Source: a virus (Duplodnaviria; Caudoviricetes). From it: DNA of 64,000 bases. The stretch spans positions 12,529-76,528 of IMG/VR virus record IMGVR_UViG_3300044898_000031. One strand, given 5' to 3'. Below, piece after piece: positions 46,160-56,060 of this stretch. Position 1 is the stretch's first letter. Each line of letters opens with the position of its first letter. A model generated the notes under the pieces. That model saw only the letters and a program-made list of their open reading frames with translations, was not told where the DNA came from and made no database searches. The position numbers were made by a program, and so were the translations under genes.

Positions 46160-49100
46160 TTATGTTGGATCAAGTTCTACAATTATTGGTGTTTGTACCC
46201 CTGTTTGCGTAATAGTCAACCCCATATTCGAAACAGTATATGGGGTTATAGTACCATTTGAATCTACCCTTAGCACACCCACGCCCCCATCCGTACTGGG
46301 TAAAATCTTCACATTGACCGAATACCCTGTCCCGGATGCAATAGTACCCGATACCGATGTACCTGCTAATATATTAGTTCTACTATAAACTAATGTTGCC
46401 CCTTTGAATACTTTTACAAAAGCAATATTAAAATCAGTAGTTGTATTATTAATACTTATTGTTGATGTTGGCGGGATTGGCGGTACAAACGGAATTTGTA
46501 AACAATAAGCCGAAGAATCACGCATCTTGTACCCCTTCTGCCTGATGGCAGGATAACTTACAGTGATGCATTCATTCTTAATAGTCGTAAAAGAGGAGTC
46601 AGGCAATTGAAGCTTATAAGTAAAACTGTCCGTACCCACAAAGGTAGGGTTCATGGTAATCTCAAAATTACCCGTAATCCCATTATAAACCACATTCCCG
46701 TTTACGGGCTGTGTCACTACTATTCCTGTGCTGTTATTCGGATTAATATCCTGCACTGTTGACCATATATTTGAATTAAATCCCCCGTTGAATAAAACCT
46801 CGATATAAGGCAATATAGTCCATAGGGCTTCATCATTCTCCCGGTCAAACCCTGATAGCAACTGAAGCCCATATTGCTGTACAATGGCTAATAAAGCCCT
46901 GCAAGCTTTGTCAAAAAAATATATAGAGGAAATAGCATCGCTTCCGTCGCCTGCTATTCTTAAAAACACTCCTGAATTGGCAGAAGCCAGATACATATAA
47001 TTCCCGTTCGATGTCCAGCTTTCAGGATTATTGCCTATGCCCCCCTCCCATGCAAAATACTGCATCTGATTTAGCAGTTTTTCGGTTGATGCTAACAACG
47101 TATTGCCATCTGCTCCTGTAGTAAGCTGGTTATTTACCAATATATAACCACTCTTTAGTTCCTTAAAGGCATATAAACGCGCCTCCCTGAACTTGGTAAG
47201 CTGTATCACGCCGTACGGGTCATCATAATCCTCCCTTGATGCACTGTCGAAGTCATTCAATCCATTGACTGAGGTATCCTGTATATAATTGTTGGAATAG
47301 CGCACCCGTGAGCCAAACAACTTCTTCCCCAATCCCAAGTCCTGCGGGTACACCCTGCCAGTATCATGCATATCGGAGAAGTAAAAGTCTGAAAAATTAG
47401 GGTCAACGGCCTTGTTTACCGTTACCTGAGTACCGGGAAAGATCGTATTGGTCGGGTATTCCCTGTTTCTGATATAAGCATCTCCGTTTATTACACTCAT
47501 TAAAGCAGGCGCAATAGCAGACTGATTTTGAACATTTGCAGCATGATAGGCATTTGCTGTTCCCCAGTTGATTATTTCAAACTTTTGTCCGAAGTCATAG
47601 AATATCTTGTAATCGGTGGATATAGCTGCTGCCTGCGGGGTGTATATCTCCACAATGGAATTAGGAAGTATCGTTATCCCGGTCGGCTTTGCTATCCTTA
47701 TCGTTCCCCTGCGGTCAATAAGTACAAAATTAGGATATGTTACTACGGTCGTGGGTGAGGACGTATTATCTCCTACAATGGGTTCATCGAGAGCGTATGT
47801 ATTTGCTCCGGTATCTACAGTCACAATTAACCGCTCATTGCCATTAATCTGTATATTAAACCCTGCCTGATCTAATCTAACAGGTTTTGTAGGAGTTACT
47901 ATTGTTGACCCATTAACCGTTATATTGGAATTTACCAATTCAGTGGTCTCTGTGCTATAACTTAATATCTCCGTGTCGTAATATTGATTATATAGATTTC
48001 CTGTAGCTGTATCTAAAACCGGGCGCAGCCTGTCACCACGCGTAAACTCATAAGTTAAGATTGAGTTTGGGTGCAGTTTATTATAAGTAGGCAGGCTGCC
48101 TATCGCCAAGTCAAGGTATTCACCGTCCCCTATGGTTCCGGGGTCTTGTTCAATCACCTGCTGTATAAGCGTCCAAATAAAACTGGCAGTATCAGGTGTT
48201 CTCACTAATTTCCAGTATTTGGCCCACAACGGGGGTTGGTGGTTAATGGTAATGGTGTGCACAGGGCGCTGAAAGTCACCGTTGGTATTTAATCCTATTT
48301 CGGTAATAAAGGGTGTTCTTACAACGCTTGTCGGGGAGGTATATGCCAAGCTTTCCCTTCCGTCATCATCCACATATACAAAGCCGTAATTTCTTACAGT
48401 GCCATATTTTACAAGATTAAAGGATGTACCGTCATCCTTAAGGCTTTCAAAGGAAACAGGGGTAACACTTCCTGAAAAAACCGTTTGGCTTGATTTCCAC
48501 TTCCCCAAGTAACCATAATCCCAGTGCACAGTGCCTGAGCCGTCCGTACCCTCGTTTGATATGGCATTGGGGTTCGAGGGATACCCACGCCCTATGCTAC
48601 GTAAAAACTGTTTGATCTGCGCAGCAACCGTTTCGGCAGTATCATTGCCATTTGCCGTATAGGTGAAAAAATAATTATCCTTATCGCCTGCCGACCCTGA
48701 AATATTTAAAGGGTCAAGTATCTCATTGCTCGTTGTACTACCTCCGTTGGTGCCGTAAATATTATATACGTTTCCTTTTTTTACATCAAAACCTATCGTA
48801 AACCTATAGGTAGGGTTATAACGAACCACCACAAATAATTGCTGCTTTTCCTTGTTTACAGAAACAAGGGTAACGGTAATAGAGGGGTTGTTAAGTTGAT
48901 TTACCGTGCCAGCAGGAATAAACAGGTCGGTAAAGGTACAGGCTACGCTTGCATCCACCAGTACACTGTCAAACCCCTCCTCAAAATTGGTGTAGGTCAT
49001 CGCATTCCTTACGAATGCCTGACATTTAGGGACACGCGGCAAATAACTATACAGCCTGTTTATCTTATTTTGGTCGGTATTGGAGTATGATCCATCGTTA

Positions 49101-50017
49101 TAAAAGTTCCATATATAAGTTGATAGATCGGGTATGCTCAGTTCATCTTTATTCAACAACTGGCAGACAACAAAGTCTGTGATCTGTATTTCCCCTACGG
49201 CATTTATTTGGTTATTATTAACCTTAACTGCTATCTCTATTTTCTTTACCAGTGAACTGCCTGTGGGTACTGGTAAAGCAATGGCATTATTCGTATTGGT
49301 AATCCCTGCTATGCCTAAATAACTTTGACTTGAAGGAAGCGGAACAACCGACCAATCACACCAGTTTGACAATTCGCCATCATCATAATGCCACCGTACC
49401 GTGAATTTAAAAAGGTTGGCATACAGGTTATTGGTATTTCTTGAAGTATCGGTAATATAATAAGGTACAGGGGCGAATATCGCTGTTTGCTTATAGGCGG
49501 TTATATAGTCCTCGTAAATGGCAAACCCATAGCCATTGACAGACTGATCCATCATTTTTGATATATTGAATTTACGGGCTTTATTTAAGCCATCAGTCCA
49601 GTATATCAGGTTACCCGCAATAATGTCTGTGTGTAAAATCAGATAATTGGGTGAAAACTTTAAAATATCAATCCCATTACTTTGTGTAACTGACTGAAAA
49701 ACACTTATTACCTGATTGGTGATGTCATTATACAGGAAAATAGTATGAAGGGATGTATCGTTATAGACAAAGAAAAAAAAGCGGTTATTAGCTTCATCGG
49801 GGTAAGAACCTATTGTTCTGTTATTTCCTGACGGAAGTGGTGTAGTAATTAACGTGGTGCCTTTTACATTGGTGATAACCCCTAAATTGCCAAAAGAAAA
49901 ATAACGGCAGTTGAGCATATACCGAGCCTTTGTATTGCTGAGATATTCAGGACTTGTATCACTGTCCATCCCATCAATGAAAACATGCTTACTATTCTTT
50001 TTTTGTGGTATAGCCAT
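46160..50017 (-). CDS. Tail muzzle/stabilisation protein, N-terminal major part (1285 aa)
   Basis: 'GMDSD...RYMLN...G.ITNVKG', 'YGFVYVDDDGRES', 'GGIGNNPES' resemble crAss-like muzzle proteins; follows the ring genes. Confidence 0.7.
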   Translation of the reverse strand: MAIPQKKNSKHVFIDGMDSDTSPEYLSNTKARYMLNCRYFSFGNLGVITNVKGTTLITTPLPSGNNRTIGSYPDEANNRFFFFVYNDTSLHTIFLYNDITNQVISVFQSVTQSNGIDILKFSPNYLILHTDIIAGNLIYWTDGLNKARKFNISKMMDQSVNGYGFAIYEDYITAYKQTAIFAPVPYYITDTSRNTNNLYANLFKFTVRWHYDDGELSNWCDWSVVPLPSSQSYLGIAGITNTNNAIALPVPTGSSLVKKIEIAVKVNNNQINAVGEIQITDFVVCQLLNKDELSIPDLSTYIWNFYNDGSYSNTDQNKINRLYSYLPRVPKCQAFVRNAMTYTNFEEGFDSVLVDASVACTFTDLFIPAGTVNQLNNPSITVTLVSVNKEKQQLFVVVRYNPTYRFTIGFDVKKGNVYNIYGTNGGSTTSNEILDPLNISGSAGDKDNYFFTYTANGNDTAETVAAQIKQFLRSIGRGYPSNPNAISNEGTDGSGTVHWDYGYLGKWKSSQTVFSGSVTPVSFESLKDDGTSFNLVKYGTVRNYGFVYVDDDGRESLAYTSPTSVVRTPFITEIGLNTNGDFQRPVHTITINHQPPLWAKYWKLVRTPDTASFIWTLIQQVIEQDPGTIGDGEYLDLAIGSLPTYNKLHPNSILTYEFTRGDRLRPVLDTATGNLYNQYYDTEILSYSTETTELVNSNITVNGSTIVTPTKPVRLDQAGFNIQINGNERLIVTVDTGANTYALDEPIVGDNTSSPTTVVTYPNFVLIDRRGTIRIAKPTGITILPNSIVEIYTPQAAAISTDYKIFYDFGQKFEIINWGTANAYHAANVQNQSAIAPALMSVINGDAYIRNREYPTNTIFPGTQVTVNKAVDPNFSDFYFSDMHDTGRVYPQDLGLGKKLFGSRVRYSNNYIQDTSVNGLNDFDSASREDYDDPYGVIQLTKFREARLYAFKELKSGYILVNNQLTTGADGNTLLASTEKLLNQMQYFAWEGGIGNNPESWTSNGNYMYLASANSGVFLRIAGDGSDAISSIYFFDKACRALLAIVQQYGLQLLSGFDRENDEALWTILPYIEVLFNGGFNSNIWSTVQDINPNNSTGIVVTQPVNGNVVYNGITGNFEITMNPTFVGTDSFTYKLQLPDSSFTTIKNECITVSYPAIRQKGYKMRDSSAYCLQIPFVPPIPPTSTISINNTTTDFNIAFVKVFKGATLVYSRTNILAGTSVSGTIASGTGYSVNVKILPSTDGGVGVLRVDSNGTITPYTVSNMGLTITQTGVQTPIIVELDPT

Positions 50018-50760
50018 TATCTTGGAGAAGATTTATACATGGATTGTGCTGTATTGGCCATAAATAAGGCTGTTCTGTAATTGTAGAGCCTTTTTAGGCG
50101 ATTATATTCCCTTTCATAAGATTGACGGTTATACTCCGATAGTTGAAGATTTCTATTTAAATACCACTCAGCCAAAGCATAATATTTAAGGCAGTTCCAT
50201 TGCTCTACGGGGATTAAGGTAAGCCCGTCTTCTACGCCTGAGCTTTTGTATTCTACCACAATTTCTGCATCTATAGGTAGTAAACTGCCAATATAAATCT
50301 CACCTAATTTTCTATTGATATTATAATAACCATTACAGTTAAAGTTTCCGCCTACTCCGTAAAGCTCGCCTAATCCCGTAGCCGTAAAAGGGTAGTTATA
50401 AAAAAAATACTGGTCTCCGTAAGCTCCCCCATCCCAAATACAGTTTAATGCTTGGTCTGTCTGCTCCTGCGTAAGCGTTTCCCGTGTGATGCTTGTATCC
50501 AACGTCATCACTGCTATTATGCCATTTCTCTTAATTCCTATCTTGGTCTCAAATACAAAATCATCGGGTAATTTAACCACATTGTCATATTCCAGTACCG
50601 CAGTTTTTACGCAAAATTCCTGATCTACATATAGATGTAATTCCCTGTACCCTGCAAGTAGTTTGCGCATAATGCTGAATTTGAACCTGCTGGTTGAATC
50701 CGACAAATCGACACATAAATCATCAGCAATAGTTTCTATGGGTACGAGTGCTTTTGACAT
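50017..50760 (-). CDS. Tail ring (adaptor) protein
   Basis: 247 aa; 'LPDDFVFETKIG', 'IVVEYKSSG..DG...IP' ring-protein pattern. Confidence 0.6.
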   Translation of the reverse strand: MSKALVPIETIADDLCVDLSDSTSRFKFSIMRKLLAGYRELHLYVDQEFCVKTAVLEYDNVVKLPDDFVFETKIGIKRNGIIAVMTLDTSITRETLTQEQTDQALNCIWDGGAYGDQYFFYNYPFTATGLGELYGVGGNFNCNGYYNINRKLGEIYIGSLLPIDAEIVVEYKSSGVEDGLTLIPVEQWNCLKYYALAEWYLNRNLQLSEYNRQSYEREYNRLKRLYNYRTALFMANTAQSMYKSSPR

Positions 50761-50761
50761 A

Positions 50762-51376
50762 TTATGAAGCGTTTAAGTCCTGTTTATTTACATCCACATC
50801 TGCGGGTTGCTGCCGTTGTGCTGAGAAATGCTGCACGCACAAATCTATTACATCAGCCTCTAACCCTGCTGCTATAGGTAACTCATCATTATCGGTATAC
50901 TGGCTGGGGTCAAGAATTACTATAGCATTTACAGTAGTGGCAAATTTAGTTACGTTCCAAAGTTGTACGGTCTGTCCCATTTGCAGGAAAAGCCTCGTAT
51001 TGGGAAATACATCTTTGTAATAATTGATCATGCTTACCTCCCCGTCCTGCACAGGTGTGTAAGTATTTCCAAAGTCGTCCTGTAAATTCCTTATTCCCTG
51101 ATTTCCGGCAAACTGCAAAACTACTTTCGGCAAGGTAATAGTAGGTATACTTCCTGTCCTTGATATTGTCAGGTTGGGGAACGAGGTATAAAAATAGCTT
51201 GGGAAGTCCCTGTTATACTCCTCTTTTTTGTTCGTAAAGTAAAATTTGGTGGTGGCGAAGTTCAAGGCGATAGGCAGATACGCCCGTATATCAGCACGTT
51301 GCACAGCGGAATCATCGGTCAAATTTCCGCCATTTACTCTTAAAAGAATTAAATCTACCAATTTTCCCTGCAACAT
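50762..51376 (-). CDS. Tail ring (adaptor) protein
   Basis: 204 aa; position and 'D.ELPI..GLEADVI' C-terminal pattern. Confidence 0.55.
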   Translation of the reverse strand: MLQGKLVDLILLRVNGGNLTDDSAVQRADIRAYLPIALNFATTKFYFTNKKEEYNRDFPSYFYTSFPNLTISRTGSIPTITLPKVVLQFAGNQGIRNLQDDFGNTYTPVQDGEVSMINYYKDVFPNTRLFLQMGQTVQLWNVTKFATTVNAIVILDPSQYTDNDELPIAAGLEADVIDLCVQHFSAQRQQPADVDVNKQDLNAS

Positions 51377-51377
51377 G

Positions 51378-51899
51378 CTATATTACCTCCAAATACTTAT
51401 TAATAAGTCCATTTTCATTTAAAAAATTGATATATGCGTCCCTTGCATCTTCCTCTTTTTTAAACCTACCTATTTTAATACTTTTACCTTTAAAACTTAT
51501 TTCTGCTATCCATCTATCTTTTCCTTTTTCAAAATAAACACCTGTAAATTTTGAGGTTTTATTTATACGTAATGCTCCATGCGAAACATTTTCTCTCGAA
51601 TTAACTAATTCTAAATTATCCAACCGATTGTTTTCCCTGTTCGAATCTTTATGATTCACCAATAAACCAGATAATCTTTTTCCTATAAAAGCATCTACAA
51701 CAAGATATTGTATTAAGTATGCCTTTCTTTCCTTATTTTTAACAAGTGTTACGGATAAATACCCGCTTTTAGGATGGCAACGCTTTAAAAAGGTAACATT
51801 TTTATACCTGCCAATAAGGGTTTTTACACGACCAAAATCAGATATTTCATAAATACCCTCATATCCAATTACAGGTAACCAAGTTTCTTCGTTGTTCAT
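51378..51899 (-). CDS. NUMOD4-HNH homing endonuclease with AP2-like C-terminal domain
   Basis: 'WLPVIGYEGIYEISDFGRVK', 'VNHKDSNRENNRLDNLE', 'SKFTGVYF...W.AEI'. Confidence 0.88.
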   Translation of the reverse strand: MNNEETWLPVIGYEGIYEISDFGRVKTLIGRYKNVTFLKRCHPKSGYLSVTLVKNKERKAYLIQYLVVDAFIGKRLSGLLVNHKDSNRENNRLDNLELVNSRENVSHGALRINKTSKFTGVYFEKGKDRWIAEISFKGKSIKIGRFKKEEDARDAYINFLNENGLINKYLEVI

Positions 51900-51902
51900 T
51901 AG

Positions 51903-52607
51903 CTATTTTTCTCCCCTTTCTGACATGCCTAAAAGATACTCTTTAGGAATGCCTAATTGTGAATACTCAAAAAGTAACTGGTCTTTCATCTCTAATCCCA
52001 GCATTTCCATCATGTGATAATAAAAAAGGTTATATACTACAGGCGACCATATCAAATCATGCCCTGCGGTAGCTACCACATAATCTGAATTAGCGTCTGA
52101 GTTTTCAGTCAGCACTATCGTCGCTATAGGTGGCACTTTGCAATAAACCAATGTTACAGGCAACTGTTGGGCAGGCATCACTTGTATCGAACCGTCAAGA
52201 TAGTAGTAGGAATAGTTCCCATCTGCGACACTTGGCCTTCTTACATAACTCGTGCTATAAGCCGATATTTGGCTTGATGCTATTTTACTGGCAGGTGTAG
52301 GTATTCCACCTATATTTATCCAAAGGCTGATTAACCTGAAATAATCAGATGGGTTGGAAATAACGCCAAAACTGTTTGATGAGGAAAATATACCAGTGGA
52401 TGTAGAAGTGCCGCTATGGGTCACTAATAGCCCGAACAATGCATCTTCAACTTTTTGCGACTTATCATAGTTATCACACAAAACATTGGCTATACGCTTC
52501 TGTACAGTATCAATATCCCTGTTCCAGTCGTTTTCTGACTGATAGCCGCTCGTACCCGTCTTTGCGGAGGTCTGTACTTGATTCCAAAGTGCTACTATGC
52601 TAATCAT
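51903..52607 (-). CDS. Tail ring (adaptor) protein
   Basis: 234 aa; 'PSDYFRLISL', 'LVYCKVP' pattern; first gene after a terminator. Confidence 0.55.
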   Translation of the reverse strand: MISIVALWNQVQTSAKTGTSGYQSENDWNRDIDTVQKRIANVLCDNYDKSQKVEDALFGLLVTHSGTSTSTGIFSSSNSFGVISNPSDYFRLISLWINIGGIPTPASKIASSQISAYSTSYVRRPSVADGNYSYYYLDGSIQVMPAQQLPVTLVYCKVPPIATIVLTENSDANSDYVVATAGHDLIWSPVVYNLFYYHMMEMLGLEMKDQLLFEYSQLGIPKEYLLGMSERGEK

Positions 52608-52620
52608 TGGGTGCTAATAT

Positions 52621-52656
52621 AAAACAAAAAACCCGTCCATTTTACGGGACGGGTTT
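52621..52656 (-). terminator. Intrinsic terminator
   Basis: Minus strand ACCCGTCC-loop-GGACGGGT-TTTTTGTTTT. Confidence 0.85.
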
Positions 52657-52702
52657 CAACATGAAAAACCAAAAACTATTTCAATTATTAACCAAATAAT
52701 TC

Positions 52703-53041
52703 TTACTCATGATACCTCATATTACCACTGCCGGGAGTTGAATATCCCTCGTAATAATCCTGCCGTACTTGTGGGATTACTTTAGGTTGCTCTATGGGTT
52801 GTGACTGTGGCTTCTTTACCCACTCATCCAACCAATCCCCCATCGTTTTCATATCATTAAAAGGCAACCCCTGTTTTGCGCTGTCCAAAAATTGCTGTTT
52901 GGTAATAATGTTCCCCTTAGGAGTAGTATACACGTCCGGTATGACAGGCGCTTGCGCCACCGCCTTTAACTTCTTTACCGATACTCCCTTTGCAGGCTTT
53001 TTACCCCCTGTACCCCCATCGCCATTAATTACTAATTCCAT
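52703..53041 (-). CDS. Hypothetical protein flanked by terminators
   Basis: 112 aa; basic Gly-rich N-terminus. Confidence 0.55.
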   Translation of the reverse strand: MELVINGDGGTGGKKPAKGVSVKKLKAVAQAPVIPDVYTTPKGNIITKQQFLDSAKQGLPFNDMKTMGDWLDEWVKKPQSQPIEQPKVIPQVRQDYYEGYSTPGSGNMRYHE

Positions 53042-53053
53042 ATACTAATTTAT

Positions 53054-53088
53054 AAAAAAAACCTGCTACTTTTTTAGGGTAACAGGTT
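53054..53088 (-). terminator. Intrinsic terminator
   Basis: Minus strand ACCTGTTAC-loop-GTAGCAGGT-T7. Confidence 0.8.
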
Positions 53089-53108
53089 CTTTAAATTAAA
53101 AAGGTTCT

Positions 53109-54239
53109 TTATACCGTTTCTGCTACGGGGCAATTCTCATCAAGCCACTCCTGTATATTATCATCCGTCACCTCCGAAGCTAATACCGCTTTATACAAAG
53201 CTGATATTTTTATGGTCGATTGCGTTTTTCCTGTCTTGACCAAAAGGTAATCCTTTGCCTCATTAAAGTTTTTTGGCAGGTTGCCGCCAGTACCTACTTT
53301 TTTCAGGTGGTCAGGCAGTGAATTGCCTATCTGTTTTCCTGTTTCATCAGGGATGCTCTCCAAATCCCTCAATGCTTTATCCCTTGCGCTAACACTATCA
53401 TTCATGTTGTTCAATAGGAACAGGAAGTTATTCAGGTCATTCAGGATATGGTTTTTAAGTGCTTCACGGGCATTTACCGTCACGTTGTATATATCCAGTA
53501 TCGTTTCGCCGCTGAGTTGCCCTGCCGTCCACTTCCACCGCCTTGTTTCGCCAATGGTTTCCTGTTTGAAAATCTCCTTATCGCAGAAGTGTTCTATCTG
53601 CCCCTCTATCATGGTGATACGCTGGTCTTTCTTGGTAAGGTACACGGCCGGGAATTGGGAAGCGTAATTCATCAGTTCTGCCGTTACCTCATGGTCGTCC
53701 TTATTATGCGTTCCTGTAATCCCTAACCCTTTAGCTAAAATACGGGCATCCTCGCCTTTAATTGTCTTGGCATGTAAAATAGCCTCTCCCAAAGCATCAA
53801 GGTCACTGATACGTTTATTTGCCCTCGCTGCCGTATCAATAAATTCAAACTTGGACTTATCTCCATCTTTATGAAAAGGAGACAAAGCATTGGTAGGGTG
53901 AAAATACCAGAATACTGCCAAATCTAAATCTTCTGAAAACTGCTGCCCCGCACCGGGCATATCTACCCTAACCGGAAAGTATATCCAAAGGTCGCTGTCA
54001 TTAGGGTCTTTTCTCCTTGTCTTGGCATACCGTATCTCAATAGGCATTTCACCATCTTCCACAAAGAACCGAGCCAATACGTTTGAGCCTGCCGGGTATC
54101 TCTTTTTATTATGGTTGGCTAAATCCTGCCATCCGTTAGTTCCCTCAAACTCCGGGCGTTTTAATATTTTGCCCATATCCACCTTAAACCTTTTGCAAAG
54201 GTCTGTCCGCGATATTACCTCGTTGTCAATTAGTAGCAT
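53109..54239 (-). CDS. Conserved head-module protein (position of crAss-like gene 75)
   Basis: 376 aa directly downstream of MCP; 'LAVFWYFHP', 'LAKGLGI', 'ELMNYA..FP..YL' pattern. Confidence 0.55.
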   Translation of the reverse strand: MLLIDNEVISRTDLCKRFKVDMGKILKRPEFEGTNGWQDLANHNKKRYPAGSNVLARFFVEDGEMPIEIRYAKTRRKDPNDSDLWIYFPVRVDMPGAGQQFSEDLDLAVFWYFHPTNALSPFHKDGDKSKFEFIDTAARANKRISDLDALGEAILHAKTIKGEDARILAKGLGITGTHNKDDHEVTAELMNYASQFPAVYLTKKDQRITMIEGQIEHFCDKEIFKQETIGETRRWKWTAGQLSGETILDIYNVTVNAREALKNHILNDLNNFLFLLNNMNDSVSARDKALRDLESIPDETGKQIGNSLPDHLKKVGTGGNLPKNFNEAKDYLLVKTGKTQSTIKISALYKAVLASEVTDDNIQEWLDENCPVAETV

Positions 54240-54387
54240 TTTCTTTTAATTTAAGTTCCAGTTTTGTTTTTACTATTTTCTCCCTGATAGCCATATCAAT
54301 AAACTTCGACGGTATAACCCCATGGGACTTTTTATAGTCCTCCATGAAGTCAATGTCCTCTTGGTTTATAATAATGACTTTTTTCAT
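54226..54387 (-). CDS. Ribbon-helix-helix-like protein inside the head module
   Basis: 53 aa MKKVIIINQEDIDFMEDYKKSHGVIPSKFIDMAIREKI; overlaps the next start; TATACTTG 4 nt upstream. Confidence 0.65.
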   Translation of the reverse strand: MKKVIIINQEDIDFMEDYKKSHGVIPSKFIDMAIREKIVKTKLELKLKENATN

Positions 54388-54430
54388 AAAGCAAGTATAA
54401 ACATATATTTCTATATATTTTTTAACGCAA

Positions 54431-54463
54431 TAAAAATCCCCTGCTTTACGGCAGAGGATTTTA
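54431..54463 (-). terminator. Intrinsic terminator after the major capsid gene
   Basis: Minus strand AAAATCCTCTGC-CGTAAA-GCAGGGGATTTT-TA. Confidence 0.8.
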
Positions 54464-54484
54464 TTATTAAATGTAAAGACAATA

Positions 54485-56029
54485 TCATAGTATCATCGCC
54501 TCAGGATGGCCTATAATCCAAGCATCGCCAAGAGCAAAGTGAGCGGCTATCTCACTACGTAAGTAAGTATACTGAACGTCTTGATCGGTTGATTTAGCAA
54601 ATATCGCTTTCATCTCACCTGCGCTTGTTACAGCCCGTCCGTTGCCTGCGCCTGCATTTATCCATACTTCGTTCTCACGAGAGTAGCCATCTGTGCCGCG
54701 GAACTCGTAGCCTACATAAGGCACACCCTGAGCATCGCTTTCAGACGACTTACCGAAAGGTGAAGCAATGAACACGTCTTTGTAGCCTACTGCGCCTGCT
54801 CCCTGAGCATTAGAGAACTCTTCTGCTTTGGTTTGAAGGAAAGTAAAGTTGCCTACACGGAATCCATCGATGCCGAGATTGATGAACATGCCCTCCGTAT
54901 CAAAACCATTGTCAAGTGATTTTTGACGGCTGATGACATCGGACATATAGCGGTCAGATACGCCTGCCACCCAAGTATAGTTTATTAGGTCAGCAAATGC
55001 CTGTTGAAAGGCGATATTAACATTATATCCCTCAAATAACATTACTTCCGAGGTAGAGATACGGATGTCGTTGAAATAGGCTGATATAGCATATAGATCG
55101 GCCTGTGTCAGGTTAGACGGATCATAAGAGAAGTCATATCCCCATTTCCTTACAAAATCTACCATCCCTTCCGTTCCGTTTACGGGAACAGTGGTATTCA
55201 GCGGGGTAGAGAAATCTGTAAAGTTAGTGAACTGGCTGCCGAACATAAAGGTGTTCCCTTTAGCCATCTCATGGCGCATCTCCGCATCTTTCAAACCTTC
55301 CAAATAAAGCAGGTGGCTTCCCGGTACTGGCATAAACTTCACCTCAGTGGTCATGTTTGTACCTGATACCAAATGTGTTTCGTCTATGATCTGGAAAGTA
55401 TTCTGATATTTGTATTGCAGGTTACGCAATGAGCTGATTTGCCCTGTTGCCTCACCTTTGGCTGGTGATACGTAGAATAATTTAGCTCCGGCTACAATAT
55501 CTGCTGCTGCTGTAGCACCCGTACCGCACTGTAAAGTGATACGGTGCAATGAAGGAACAGTAGTAGTATCCTTAGCAATAACGCGGTATTTATTACCATT
55601 GCCTAAGCCGTAAACTTCACTTACGCGGGGACGGGAGTAATATGCTGGCTGACCTGCATAGTTCACCTCTACATCCATTTCGTCTGCTGTAAGCGAAACC
55701 TGCACGGTAGTAGCGTTAATTACGCTGATAACAGTACCTAAAATTAGCACGTTGTTTGGGCGTGGCTTTTCGTAGTGCTGTGTTACCGGGCCTTGTACGG
55801 CACGGGATGTATTCAGCCTGCCGAATTGAAATGCCCTGATCTTGGCAAGCGTAGATACTGGGTATCCTGCCTGTTTAAAATATTCAGGGAGTATCTGTGG
55901 GTTATCCGCTAATAGCGTTGACCCTAATATAAAGACATCACCGTAACCACCCTCGACATGGGTAGGCGGATTAATTCCGCTATTTACGTTGCCTTTTTCC
56001 AGTTGTGGGTTTAATCCAGTATATGGCAT
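54485..56029 (-). CDS. Major capsid protein (crAss-like, HK97 fold inferred)
   Basis: 514 aa after portal and scaffold; 'YQNTFQIIDET..VSG', 'GTEGMVDF', 'YLRSEIAA' pattern; followed by a strong terminator. Confidence 0.8.
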   Translation of the reverse strand: MPYTGLNPQLEKGNVNSGINPPTHVEGGYGDVFILGSTLLADNPQILPEYFKQAGYPVSTLAKIRAFQFGRLNTSRAVQGPVTQHYEKPRPNNVLILGTVISVINATTVQVSLTADEMDVEVNYAGQPAYYSRPRVSEVYGLGNGNKYRVIAKDTTTVPSLHRITLQCGTGATAAADIVAGAKLFYVSPAKGEATGQISSLRNLQYKYQNTFQIIDETHLVSGTNMTTEVKFMPVPGSHLLYLEGLKDAEMRHEMAKGNTFMFGSQFTNFTDFSTPLNTTVPVNGTEGMVDFVRKWGYDFSYDPSNLTQADLYAISAYFNDIRISTSEVMLFEGYNVNIAFQQAFADLINYTWVAGVSDRYMSDVISRQKSLDNGFDTEGMFINLGIDGFRVGNFTFLQTKAEEFSNAQGAGAVGYKDVFIASPFGKSSESDAQGVPYVGYEFRGTDGYSRENEVWINAGAGNGRAVTSAGEMKAIFAKSTDQDVQYTYLRSEIAAHFALGDAWIIGHPEAMIL

Positions 56030-56060
56030 TTTTTAAAGTTTTAATAAGTTTAATATTCTG

